The notes under the pieces: generated by a model | Databases searched by the model: none | The model's input: only the letters and a program-made list of their open reading frames with translations | What the model was told of the DNA's origin: nothing | Position numbers and translations under genes: made by a program | Assembly: GCA_038087875.1 (NCBI GenBank) | Contig: JAXLNO010000202.1 | Location: 62,001 to 126,000 of the forward strand | Source of the DNA: Malacoraja senta | Lineage: Eukaryota | Direction of reading: 5' to 3' | DNA length: 64,000 nucleotides | In this document: positions 37,166 to 49,780 of the stretch, piece by piece | Layout: every line of letters begins with the position of its first letter | How positions within the stretch are numbered: position 1 is the first letter of the stretch

Positions 37166-40100
37166 TGTTTCCACTAATGGGACTCAAATTGGGAAAGCTA
37201 GCAGTCAGTGTGTGAGGCAGGAGGCAGAGAATGGAAGCACTCTGACCCAAAATGTAGGGGAGAGAGAAGAAAAAGACAATAAACAGAGAATAAGAGAGGG
37301 TGGGTTTCTTAAATGTGTATATTTTAATGCTAGGAGCATTGTAAGAAAGGTGGATGAACTTAAAGCCTGGATTGACACCTGGAAGTATGGTGTTGTGGCG
37401 ATCAGTGAAACATGGTTGCAGGAGGGCTGTGATTGGAAACTAAATATTCCAGGATTTCGTTGCTTCAGGTGTGATAGAATTGGAGGGGCAAGAGGTGGAG
37501 GTGTTGCATTGCTTATCAGGGAAGATATTACAGCAGTGCTTTGGCAGGATAGATTAGAGGGCTCTTCTAGGGAGGCTATTTGGGTGGAACTGAGAAATGG
37601 GAAAGGGGTAGCAGCACTCATAGGGGTGTATTATAGACCGCCAAATGGGGAGCGAGAATTGGAGGAGCAAATATGTAAGGAGATTGCAGATATTAGTAGT
37701 AAGCACAAGGTAGTGATTGTGGGAGATTTCAATTTTCCACACATAGACTGGGAAACACATTCTGTAAATGGGCTGGATGGGTTGGAGTTTGTAAAATGTG
37801 TGCAGGATAGTTTTTTGCAGCAATACATAGAAGTACCTACTAGAGAAGGGGCGGTGCTGGACCTCCTGTTAGGAAATGAGATGGGTCAGGTGGCAGAGGT
37901 ATGCGTTGGGGAACAGTTCGGGACCAGTGATCACAATACCATTAGTTTCAATATAATTATGGAGAGGGTCAGAACTGGACCTAGGGTTGAGATTTTTGAT
38001 TGGAGAAAGGCTAACTTTGAGGAGATGCGAAAGGATTTAAAAGGAGTAAATTGGGACAGTTTGTTTTATGGGAAAGATGTGGAAGAGAAATGGAGGACAT
38101 TTAAAGGTGAAATTTTAAGAGTACAGAATCATTATGTCCCTGTTCCGTTGAAAGGAAATAGTAAAAAATGGAAAGAGCCATGATTTTCAAGGGAAATTGG
38201 ACACTTAGTTCGGAAAAAGAGAGACATCTACAATAATTATAGGCAGCATGGAGTAAATGAGGTGCTTGAGGAGTATAAAAAATGTAAAAAGTGTCTTAAG
38301 AAAGAAATTAGAAAAGCTAAAAGAAGATATGAGGTTGCTTTGGCAAGTAAGGTGAAAGTAAATCCAAAGGGTTTCTACAGCTATATTAATAGCAAAAGGA
38401 TAACGAGGGATAAAATTGGTCCATTAGAGAGTCAGAGTAGACAGCTATCTGCAGAGCCAAAAGAGATGGGGGAGATATTGAACAATTTCTTTTCTTCGGT
38501 ATTCACCAAGGAGAAGGATATTGAATTATGTGAGGTAAGGGAAACAAGTAGAGTAGCTATGGAAACTATGAGATTCAAAGAAGAGGAAGTACTGACACTT
38601 TTGAGAAATATAAAAGTGGATAAGTCTCCAGGTCCGGACAGGATATTCCCTAGGACATTGAGGGAAGTTAGTGTAGAAATAGCAGGGGCTATGACAGAAA
38701 TATTTCAAATGTCATTGGAAACGGCAATAGTGCGGGAGGATTGGCGTACTGCGCATGTTGTTCCATTGTTTAAAAAGGGGTCTAAGAGTAAACCTAGCAA
38801 TTATAGACTAGTTACTTTGACGTCAGTGGTGGGCAAATTAATGGAAAGGATACTTGGAGATAATATATATAAGCATCTGGATAAACAGGGGCTGATTAGG
38901 AACAGTCAACATGGATTTGTGCCTGGAAGGTCATGTTTGACTAATCTTCTTGAATTTTTTGAAGAGCTTACTCGGGAAATTGATGAGGGTAAAGGCGTGG
39001 ATGTTGTATATATGGACTTCAGTAAGGCCTTTGACAAGGTTCCTCACGGAAGGTTGGTTAAGAAGGTTCAATGGTTGGGTATTAATCGTGGAGTAGCAAG
39101 ATGGATTCAACAGTGGCTGAATGGGAGATGCCAGAGAGTAATGGTGGATGGTTGTTTGTCAGGTTGGAGGCCAGTGACTAGTGGGGTGCCACAGGGATCT
39201 GTGTTGGGTCCACTGTTGTTTGTCATGTACATCAATGATTTGGATGATGGTGTGGTAAATTGGATTAGTAAATATTCAGATGATACTAAGATAGGTGGGG
39301 CTGTGGATAATGAAGTAGATTTTCAAAGTCTACAGAGAGATTTATGCCGGTTGGAAGAGTGGGCTGAAAGATGGCAGATGGAGTTTAATGCTGATAAGTG
39401 TGAGGTGCTACATCTTGGCAGGACAAATCAAAATAGGACGTACATGGTAAATGGTAGGGAATTAAAAAAGGGGTATGGAGAGAAGGCAGGTACGGGATAC
39501 TGAGTTGGATGATCAGCCATGATCATATTGAATGGCGGTGCAGGCTCGAAGGGCCGAATAGCCTACTCCTGCACCTATTTTCTATGTATCTATGAATTGA
39601 AGAATGCAGGTGAACAGAGAGATCTTGGAATAACTGTGCACAGTTCCCTGAAAGTGGAATCTCATGTAGATAGGGTGGTAAAGAAAGCTTTTGGTGTGCT
39701 GGCTTTTATAAATCAGAGCATTGAGTATAGAAGTTGGGATGTAATGTTAAAATTGTGCAAGGCATTGGTGAGGCCAATTCTGGAGTATGGTGTACAATTT
39801 TGGTCGCCTAATTATAGGAAGGATGTCAACAAAATAGAGAGAGTACATAGGAGATTTACGAGAATTTTGCCTGGGTTTCAGCAACTAAGTTACAGAGAAA
39901 GGTTGAACAAGTTAGGGCTTTATTCTTTGGAGTGCAGAAGGTTAAGGGGGGACTTGATAGAGGTCTTTAAAATGATGAGAGGGATAGACAGAGTTGACGT
40001 GGATAAGCTTTTCCCACTGAGAGTAGGGAAGATTCAAACAAGGGGACATGACTTGAGAATTAAGGGACAGAAGTTTACATAGATACATAGATACATAGAA

Positions 40101-40432
40101 AATAGGTGCAGGAGTAGGCCATTCGGCCCTTCGAGCCTGCACCGCCATTCAATATGATCATGGCTGATCATCATTTAGGGGTAACATGAGGGGGAACTTC
40201 TTTACTCAGAGAGTGGTGGCTGTGTGGAATGAGCTTCCAGTGAAGGTGGTGGAGGCAGGTTCGTTTTTATCATTTAAAAATAAATTGGATAGTTATATGG
40301 ACGGGAAAGGAATGGAGGGTTATGGTATGAGCGCAGGTATATGGGACTAGGGGAGAATACGTGTTTGGCACGGACTAGAAGGGTCGAGATGGCCTGTTTC
40401 CGCGCTGTAATTGTTATATGGTTATATGGTTA
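37166..40432 (+). mobile_element. CR1 LINE family A ORF2 with two nested CR1-B tail insertions
   Basis: Endonuclease and RT ORFs 37166-38183, 38262-39503, 39519-40082; insertions at 39464-39593 (TSD gaatt) and 40078-40173 (TSD ttta). Confidence 0.94.
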
Positions 40433-41220
40433 ATGGAAGAGTCCAGGACATAGCCTCAGAATTAAAGGACGTTGTTTTAGGAAGGAGATGAGGAGAATTT
40501 TCTTTTGTTTAGAGGGTGGTGAATCTGTGGAATTCATTACCATAGAAACTGTGGAGGCCAAGTTATTGGATATTTTTACGACAGAGATAGATAGATCATA
40601 GGTTAGTACAGGTGTTAGAGGTTATGGATACAAGGCAGGAGAATGGGATTGAGAGGGAGAGGTAGATCAGCCATGATTGAATGGTAGAGTAGACCTGATG
40701 GGCCCAATGGCCGAATTCTGTTCCATATGACAATCCTATTCAGCACAGACATTGAGCCGAAGGACCTGTTACTGTTATGTTCTATGTTCAAACTAGCAAG
40801 GAAATTGTTAAGCACATTTATGATTAATTAGCAAAGGATACAAATGTGAGCTATGTTTTTTGTGGTTATGAGGAATGCTGTCGGTAAGGATGGGAGTTTC
40901 ATAAAGGTATTACAAATTGTACCTTCAATGACTCTTTGTAAAAACTATTCATTTAATCAGTCCCTACTCTTTACTGGTGTTCATTCCACCAATATATTCA
41001 TACATATTCATGTATATGTTAATGAGTTGGTGTTCAACATAAGCAGGGAATGTTGGGTAATAAATCCCTCTCTCGTGATCCAGGCAACCAGTGTGTAAGT
41101 CTTGCTCTTCATATAACACAATTAACATGAAGGACCTATCTCTACACTGTTAGATTTTAGGATTCAATTGTGTTCATCGCTAAAGTTGTAAACGTTAACA
41201 AGATGTAATTTGTGTTGCAG

Positions 41221-41428
41221 CTTGTCCTTTTCCGCACAGTCTCCATTTCCGTGCCCGCTCCGTTCACCCAATGCGTGACTCACGGCAGCTTCCCTCAACC
41301 CTGGCACGAGACGCTCTACTTCCTCTTCACCTTCCTCTGGCTCTTCCTGCTGCCCCTCATAATCATGGTCTTCTGTTATGCCAGCATTTTTATAACAATC
41401 ACAAGGAAAACCATTCTAAATGGAAAAT
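41221..41428 (+). CDS. GNRHR: Gonadotropin-releasing hormone receptor, exon 2 (ECL2-TM5-ICL3)
   Basis: tgtgttgcag| LVLFRTVSISVPAPFTQCVTHGSFPQPWHETLYFLFTFLWLFLLPLIIMVFCYASIFITITRK...; FxQCVTHxSF is GnRHR-diagnostic; donor T|gtaggt, phase 1. Confidence 0.9.
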
Positions 41429-41539
41429 GTAGGTATTTACTTTCTCTCTACTGTCCAACCAACAATAATATATATTGATGCAATTCTACAATTTAAGTTT
41501 ACAAATCGTTTAGATGTTCTTGTGATAGTCCATGATGGC

Positions 41540-41832
41540 ACTTGTACACGAATGTACACGCTTGTACACGCTTCTATGCGCTTTTACACACTTGTACGCG
41601 CTTGTACACACTTGTACACACTTCTATACACTTGTGCATGCTTCTATACACTTGCACACGCTTGTACACGCTTCTATGCACTTGTACGCGCTTTAACACA
41701 CTTGTACACGCTTGTACACACTTCTATACACTTGTACACGCTTCTATACACGTGTACACGCTTCTATACACTTGTATGCGCTTGTACACACTTGTACATA
41801 CTTCTATATGCTTGTACACGCTTGTACACACA
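41540..41832. repeat. 10-bp minisatellite (cttgtacacR / cttctataca)
   Basis: Directly visible; lies in GNRHR intron 2. Confidence 0.95.
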
Positions 41833-42644
41833 TTCCAAGAAGTAAGCTCTCAAGTATTCCTTTGATTATGGAAGTTTAAAGTGATTAAAATTGTGAAGAA
41901 ATCTGAAGATGCGATGAATATTTGGGTGTCACGGTGGCACAGCGGTAGAGTTACTGCCTCACAGTGCCAGAGACTCAAGGTTGATCCTGAATGCTGTCTG
42001 GATTAGACGGTTTCAGCTACAGCGAGAGGTTGGATAGACTTGGATTGTTATTTCCAGAGTGTAGGAGGTTGAGGGGAGGTCAGAACGTTGTTCCCATGGT
42101 AGAAATGTCCAACACTAGAGGCCATAGCTATAGGGTGAGAGGGTGAGAGTCTAGTGGAGATGTGAGGAACAGGATTTTGTTTACACAGAGTGGTGGGTGC
42201 CTGGAATGCACTGCCAGGGCGGTTGGAGGAGGCTGATATGATAGTGGTGTTTAAGATGTGTTTAGATAGTCATGTGGAAGGGCAGGGAATAGAAGGAATT
42301 GGATCCTGTACAGGTTGATGAGATCAAGTTAACGTCAACATATTTAGTGCAAACATTGTGGGCCGAAGGGCCTGTTCCTGTGATGTACTATTCTGTGTTT
42401 GCCCAACCTCTACTTATAGCTAATACCCTCTAATGCAGGCATCATTGTGGTAAACCTCTTCTGCATCCTCACTAATCTTTCTTTTAATGGCATGACTAGA
42501 ACTGCATGCAATACTCAAAATGTATATAATTGAAGTCATATAAAGCTGCAGCATGACGTCCTGACTCTACTAATGAAAGTAAGCAAACCATGTGCCATAT
42601 AACATACAAGCATGCACTGTAACATACTGTAGAACTAGTGTGAA

Positions 42645-42850
42645 TGGGTGATCGGTGTGGACTCGGTGTGGACTCGGTGAGCCACGGGGACAGTTCCAAT
42701 GCTGTAAATGGGTGGTCGGTGATCGGTGGTCGGTGTGGACTCGGTGAGCCACGGGGACAGTTCCAATGCTGTAAATGGGTGGTCGGTGTGGACTCGGTGA
42801 GGACTCGGTGAGGACTCGGTGAGCCACTGGGCCAGTTCCAATGCTGTAAA
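42645..42850. repeat. Short tandem repeat, ~3 imperfect units (ggactcggtgagccacggggacagttccaatgctgtaaat)
   Basis: Directly visible. Confidence 0.85.
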
Positions 42851-42889
42851 TCATGGTTGAACTCAACTAAACTGAACTAATTCTCTCTC

Positions 42890-43665
42890 AATCACAATCA
42901 CAATAATACTTTATTGGCCAAGTATGTTTTGCAACACGCAAGGAATTTCAACTTCCAAGTCAGTCATACCAATAAAAAGCAACTGAACACACAAAATACA
43001 TTTTAACATAAACATCCACCTCAGTGACTCCTCCACATTCTTGACTGTGATGGAAGGTGAAAAAAAGGTAAAATCTCTTCCCATCTTTGTTCTCCAGCGG
43101 TCGGGTCCTCGAGCCCTCCATTGATGGGACGATCTTGACTCCAGTAGCCGGAAGCGTTTTGGCCCTCCGCGTCGGGGCGATCAGCTCCTGCATCGGAGGG
43201 ATGTCAGCTCCCCCGTGCCGGGTGATCGAACCTCACGTCGGGGATTGAACCCTGCGTCAGGGCTGGTCGAGTCTCTGCATCGTTGGAGCTCCCGACTAGC
43301 CCCTCCCGAGACTACGAGCTCTCGATGTAAAGTCCGCAGGCTGTGGATGGAGCTATCCCAGGCAAGGGATCAGCTCCGATTTTAAGTCCACGCCCCGTGG
43401 TGGGGCTCAAAGTCAGTCTGAGGAGGCCTCCAGCTCCATCGATGGTAGGCTGCAGAGCGACCGGAGAATGCGATCCGGAAAATGATCACATCTCCGGCAA
43501 GGTAAGAAATCTGACAAAAAGTTTCCCCTGACGCCCTCCCCCTCCCCCCACTTAAAACAAACCAGAGAACATTTACACAGACTTTTACCACACACTAAAA
43601 ATGAAAAAAAAGACAAAAAAACAGACAGACTGTTGGCGGGGCTGCCAATCGTTCGGCGCCCCCTG
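42890..43665 (-). mobile_element. GC-rich non-autonomous retroposon-like element
   Basis: Same terminal blocks as 35218-36080 in reverse; (cacaat)n tail. Confidence 0.62.
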
Positions 43666-43679
43666 GTGGTAACATTGGT

Positions 43680-44077
43680 TGAACATCCTCCGCTCAGTTC
43701 GCATTAACCAACCTGATCTCCCGGTGGCTAAGCACTTCAACTCCCCCTCCCATTCCGAATCCAACCTTTCTGTCCTGGGCCTCCTGCATGGCCAGAGTGG
43801 GTCCCACTGTAAATTGGAGGAGCAGCACCTCATATTTCGCTTGGGTACATTGAACATTGACTTCTCCAATTTCAGGTAGTCCCTGCTTTCTCCCTCCTTC
43901 CCCCTCCCATTCCCATCTCTCCCACAGCCCACTGTCTCCGCCTCTTCCTTTCTTCTTCCCACCTTCCCCACCCCCACATCAGTCTGAAGAAGGGTCTCGA
44001 CCCGAAACGTTGCCTATTTCCTTTGCTCCATAGATGCTGCCTCACCCGCTGAATTTCTCCAGCATTTTTGTCTACCT
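43680..44077 (+). mobile_element. Penelope-like element 3' end (GIY-YIG C-terminal remnant) with hammerhead motif at 43984-44011
   Basis: Peptide PVAKHFNSPSHS...LSVLGL...KLEEQHLIFRLGTL..NIDF; followed by ctgaaga agggtctcgaccc gaaacgtt. Confidence 0.75.
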
Positions 44078-44120
44078 TTGAGGCTGGACATATTGGTTAT
44101 CTTGTATTTTGTTTTTCTAG

Positions 44121-44398
44121 TGTTCTTGAAAGATGCTGATTGGAGGTGCAGCAAGAACTATGTTCCCAAGGTGCGGGTGAAGACGCTGAAGCTGTCTATT
44201 GTCCTTGTCAGCACCTTCATCATTTGCTGGACTCCATATTACATCCTGGGATTCTGGTACAACTTTTTCCCAGCTATGATAAACAAGAAGGAGCTTCCTG
44301 AATCCATCAACCATGCACTCTTTACTTTTGGGATGCTCAACAGTTTCATTGACCCAGTTGTTTGTCGTATTGGCTACTTCAGGCCAAGCAGCAGATGA
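44121..44398 (+). CDS. GNRHR: Gonadotropin-releasing hormone receptor, last exon (ICL3-TM6-TM7)
   Basis: gtttttctag| phase 1 matches exon 2; SKNYVPKVRVKTLKLSIVLVSTFIICWTPYYILGFWY...INHALFTFGMLNSFIDPVVCRIGYFRPSSR*. Confidence 0.92.
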
Positions 44399-45586
44399 CC
44401 AAACAAACGTGTCCGACATTGGACTGAGCAAATGTGAAGTAACGGAAGCTCATAGGAGCAGAATTAGGCCATTCGGCCCATCAAGTCTACTCTGCCATTC
44501 CATCATGGCTGATCTATCTCTCCCTCTCAACCTCATTCTCCTGCCTTCTCCCCGTAACCCCTGACACTCTTACCAATCAAGAACCTGTCTATCTCTGCTT
44601 TAAAGATACCCAAAGACTTGGCCTCCACAGCCGTCTGTGCTGTCCAGAAATGCTCCTTGATCCTGCTGGCACATCAGTAGTGGACGTCAGAATAGTTCCA
44701 ACCTTTGGCAGCTGCCAAGCACACAAAATGTTGAGTAAATGGGTTTGTGATTATAATGTGCTTTAGTTGGAGTCGTAGATTGATGCAGCACACAAACAGG
44801 CCCTTCAGCCCAACTCGTCATGCCAGCCAACATGCTCCTTCTACACTGGTGCCATTGGCCAATGCCTGGCCCATATCCCGCTAAACATTTCCTATCCATG
44901 TACCTGTCCAAATGTATTTTAATTGCTGTTACAGTACCTGCCTCAACCACCCTCTCTGGCATATATACCCACCATCCTGTCATGGATAAAAAGCATGCAC
45001 CTTTCCCATTGCATCTTTCTTCTCTCACCGAAATGTAGGTAAATCTAAAACAAGCTGATAGGGAAAGGTAGATTAGTTGCTCATTGGAAGATATTGTCCA
45101 TCTGTGGCCACAGATCCCTTCACTCTACAATTACAGATCAATTGACACTCCTTCCACTTTTCATAACTTTGCAAGATTTGCATTTTCTGCCTAAAAGAGC
45201 CTAACTGTAGAGTTACAGTAAATATGCAGTGAGTTTTGTGCCAGAATATAAAGTGGAATTAATATGACATAGGTGGCACTGGGAAACAACAGATGTAATG
45301 TTGTGCAAACAACAACTCACTTTCATTAAAATCTGCAAAGGTATTAACAGATTTAAAGTCCCTGCACTCAATGTGAGTGTAATCAAGTGAAGCTTATTTA
45401 ACTAGGTCAGTTTCAAGAGGAAAGCTGGAGAGGCTAAGTGGTTCATTTCAATCCCGTTAATTATGGGTGGCTTTAAATCTCTTATTTGTTGAGCATTTCA
45501 AAAGTCTTGATCCTTCAGATCAACAATCTGCCTGAATGATTTAGAACAAAGAACAGTACAACACAGGAACAGGCCCTTCGGCCCAT

Positions 45587-46950
45587 AATATATATAAGCA
45601 TCTGGATAAGCTGGGTCTGATTAGGAACAGTCAACATGGATTTGTGCCTGGAAGGTCATGTTTGACTAACCTTCTTGAATTTTTCGAAGAGGTTACTAGG
45701 GAAATTGATGAGGGTAAAGCAGTGGATGTTGTCTATATGGACTTCAGTAAGGCCTTTGACAAGGTTCCACATGGAAGGTTGGTTAAGAAGATTCAATTGT
45801 TGGGTATTAATGGTGGAGTAGCAAGATGGATTCAACAGTGGCTGAATGGGAGATGCCAGAGAGTAATGGTGGATGGCTGTTTGTCAGGTTGGAGGCCGGT
45901 GACTAGTGGGGTGCCTCAGGGTCTGTGTTGGGTCCACTGTTGTTTGTCATGTACATCAATGATCTGGATGATGGTGTGGAAAATTGGATTAGTAAATATG
46001 CAGATGATACTAAGATAGGTGGTGTTGTGGATAATGAAGTAGATTTTCAAAGTCTACAGAGAGATTTAGGCCATTTGGAAGAGTGGGCTGAAAGATGGCA
46101 GATGGAGTTTAATGCTGATAAATGTAAGGTGCTACATCTCGGCAGGACAAATCAAAATAGGAAGTACATGGTAAATTGTAGCGAATTGAGGAATGCAGTT
46201 GAACAGAGGGATCTAGGAATAACTGTGCATAGTTCCCTGAAGGTGGAATCTCATGTAGATAGGGTGGTAAAGAAAGCTTTTGGTGTGCTGGCCTTTATAA
46301 ATCAGAGCATTGAATATAGAAGTTGGGATGTAATGTTAAAATTGTACAAGGCATTGGTGAGGCCAATTCTGGGGTATGGAGTACAATTTTGGTCGCCTAA
46401 TTATAGGAAGGATGTCAACAGAATAGAGAGAGTACAGAGGAGATTTACCAGAATGTTGCCTGGGTTTCAGCAACTAAGTTACAGAGAAGGGTTGAACAAG
46501 TTAGGTCTTTATTCTTTGGAGCGCAGAATGTTAAGGGGGGACTTGATAGAGGTCTTTAAAATTATGAGCGGGTTAGACAGAGTTGACGTGGATAAGCTTT
46601 TCCCATTGAGAGTAGGGAAGATTCAAACAAGGGGACATGACTTGAGAATTAAGGGACAGAAGTTTAGGGGTAACATTAGGGGGAACTTCTTTACTCAGAG
46701 AGTGGTAGCTGTGTGTAATGAGCTTCCAGTGGAAGTGGTAGAGGCAGGTTCGATTTTATCCTTTAAAAATAGATTGGATGGGTATATGGACGGGAAAGGA
46801 ATGGAGGGTTATGGTCTGAGTGCAGGTAGATGGGACTAGGGGGAAGTAAAATTTAAAAATAAAAAAAATAAAAATAAAAAATAAAAGTGTTCGGCACGGA
46901 CTTGAAGGGCCGGGATGGCCTGTTTCCGTACTGTAATGGTTATATGGTTA
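45587..46950 (+). mobile_element. CR1 LINE family A, 5'-truncated RT
   Basis: Closely matches 2387-3735; ORFs 45644-46018 and 45925-46839. Confidence 0.93.
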
Positions 46951-47111
46951 ATATCCCTGCCAAACATGCTGGCAAATTGAACTAATCTCTGACTGCACAT
47001 CGTCCATTCCATGCCTATCCATGTGCCTGTACATATCTCTTAAATGTCACGATTGTAACGGCCTCCACCAGCACCCCTGGCACACACCATTCTGTAAAAG
47101 GAAAGGGTGGT

Positions 47112-47400
47112 CATGGTGGCGCAGCGGTAGAGTTGCTGCCTCACAGCGCCGGAGACCTGGGTTCGATCCTGACTACGGGAGCTGTCTGTACGGAGTTTGT
47201 ACGTTCTCCCCGTGACCTGCGTGGGTTTTCTCCAAGATCTTCGGTTTCCTCCCACACTCCAAAGACGTGCAGGTATGTAGGTTAATTGGCTTGGTGAATG
47301 TAAAAATTGTCCCTAGTGTTAATCTGCGGGGATCACTGGTTGGCACGGACCCGGTGGGCCGAAGGGCCTGTTTCCGCGCTGTATCTCTAAACTAAACTAA
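47112..47400 (+). mobile_element. tRNA-derived SINE (HE1/V-SINE-like) with CR1-type 3' tail
   Basis: A box tggcgcagcgg, B box ggttcgatcc; tail gggccgaagggcctgtttcc...(taaac)n. Confidence 0.85.
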
Positions 47401-48699
47401 AAACTTGCCCTGCACACACCAGCGTTTCCCACTTTCCCCTTACAGCTATGCCCTGTAGTCTTTGAAATTCCAATCCTTAGAAAAAGTTTCTGCCTGTCTA
47501 CTAAAGCTTTTCACTGTATCTTGGTACACGTGGCAATAAACTAAACTGGACTCTATCTATGTCTCTCATAATTTTATATATTTTTTATCAGGACTCCCCT
47601 CAGCCTCTAAAGCTCCAGGGAAAACAATCCAAGTTTGTCTAACCTCTCTTTATAGCAAACACTCTTTAATCCAGGCACCATTTAGATAAATCTCTTCTGG
47701 ACCCTCACTAAATCCTGCACATCCTTCCTGTCATGGGACAACCAGAACTGCATTCAATTTTCACAATGTCACTCACAAAAGTCCTAAGCTCCAACATGAC
47801 CTGTGAACATTTATACTCAATGAAGGCAAACATCCCATACATTTGAAGCTCTCCTCCTCTCTCCATAGATGCTGCCTCACCCACTGAGTTTCTCCAGCAT
47901 TTTTGTCGACCATACACTTCTTTACCTCTATTTGTGTTTCCTGTTTCAAGTGCAGTAGATATCCATTCATAGTCACAGGTTCATAGCTTGGAAACAGGCC
48001 CTTCGGACCAACTTGCCCAGACCCACCAACATGCCCCATCTACACTAGTCCCACCTGCCTGCATTTAGCCCATTTCTCTCTAAACCTGTCCTATCCATGC
48101 ACCTATCTAAATGATTCTTAAACATTGCGATAGTCCCTGACTCAACTACCTCCTCTGGCAGCTTGTTCCATACACCCACCACCCTTTGTGTGGAAAAAGT
48201 TACCCCTCAGATTCCTATTAAATCTTTCCCTCTTCACCTTAAACCTAGGTCCACTGGTTCTCTAGTCACCTACTCTGGGCAAGAGACTTTGTGGGATGAT
48301 CTTGTAGAGATAAAAGAGTCATATTCATAGAGTGATACATTGTGGAAACAGGCCCTTTGGCTCTGTTGTGGGACAGACTTGACTCTACCCGATCTATTCC
48401 ACTCATGACTGCCAGAACTGAACACAATACTCTAAATGCGGTCTCACCAACGTCTTATACAACTGCAACATGACCTCCCAACTTCTATACTCAATACTCT
48501 GACTGATGAAGGCCAAAGAGCCAAAAGCCTTGTTGACCATCTTATCTACCTGCGACTCCACCTTCAAGGAACCATGTGCCTGTACTGTTCTATGTTTAAC
48601 ATTTTAATTTGGAATATAGTCCGTATCCAGAATAATCTGCCACAGGAAACTATAGAAGCAGATACAGTGATTACTTTTAAAAGACGTTTAGATCTGTAC

Positions 48700-48910
48700 A
48701 CAGAGGGTAGTTGAGGCCAGTTCATTGGCTATATTTAAGAGGGAGTTAGATGTGGCCCTTGTGGCTAAAGGGATCAGGGGGTATGGAGAGAAGGCAGGTA
48801 CGGGATACTGAGTTGGATGATCAGCCATGATCATATTGAATGGCGGTGCAGGCTCGAAGGGCCGAATGGCCTACTCCTGCACCTATTGTCTATGTATCTA
48901 TGTATCTATG
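48700..48910 (+). mobile_element. CR1 family B 3' end
   Basis: Matches the 3' UTR of 5437-5650; (tatctatg)n tail. Confidence 0.85.
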
Positions 48911-49007
48911 TACATCAATTGGAATCGTTTTATGGTCAATGAGACAAATCAGACATGCCCAATATGGCAAATTAGTCAGCGTGGCCAAAGTGGGACGACT
49001 CTGAATC

Positions 49008-49356
49008 TGTTAGTACCACTGTCCATGTTAGTACCAGTGCATATGTTAGTACCAGTGTGTATGTTAGTAACAGTGTGTATGTTAGTAACAGTGTGTATGT
49101 TAGTAACAGTGTCCATGTTAGTACCAGTGTGTATGTTAGTAACAGTGTGTATGTTAGTAACAGTGTGTATGTTAGTACCAGTATCCATGTTAGTAACAGT
49201 GTGTATGTTAGTAACAGTGTCCATGTTAGTACCAGTGTGTATGTTAGTACCAGTGTGTATGTTAGTACCAGTGTGTATGTTAGTACCAGTGTGTATGTTA
49301 GTACCAGTGTGTATGTTAGTACCAGTGTGTATGTTAGTAACAGTGTGCATGTTAGT
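49008..49356. repeat. 18-bp minisatellite (atgttagtaMcagtgtgt), resuming at 49728-49775 after a ~370-bp unclassified insertion
   Basis: Directly visible, ~19 units. Confidence 0.93.
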
Positions 49357-49780
49357 CATCATCACGATCGTTGAAAACATCAGCGACGCAGTGGTGCTGG
49401 TTTCCGACGGGAACGGTGACGGACGCACCACACATCTCTGTCCTCCGATTCCTGTGGACTTCCGCCGCTGGAAGTATGGTGTGTGCTTTATCATCGTTTC
49501 GTACAATGCTGTGTACGACAGTGATCGCAACTTCTACTGAAGTGTGGATGGCCGTTGGCTCACTAGAAACTCATCCGCCCTTTGACAAGTCTTGTTTTTG
49601 GTCCTGCTGGGGGTCCACAGCCCCCTCCTCACCTGGCAAACCAGGTGGGGGAGACAGTTTAGTCACCGACTATCCGACCATGGAGCAGGTAGCACGGGAT
49701 TACATGGTACCCGTGGCGGGGGGAACTAATACCAGTGTGTATGTTAGTATGAGTGTCCATGTTAGTACCAGTGTCCGAGT

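Noticed and set aside
36803..37250. ORFs spanning the N run
   Set aside because: Artefacts of translating N; only the CR1 part right of the gap is real.
41420..41865. His/Thr/Cys-rich ORFs after GNRHR exon 2
   Set aside because: Translation of an intronic 10-bp minisatellite.
47112..47190. tRNA gene
   Set aside because: A/B boxes belong to a SINE head followed by SINE core and LINE-type tail; several decayed copies in the window.
48827..49540. Long repetitive ORFs (MLVPVC)n / (TNIHTG)n
   Set aside because: Translation of the 18-bp minisatellite.
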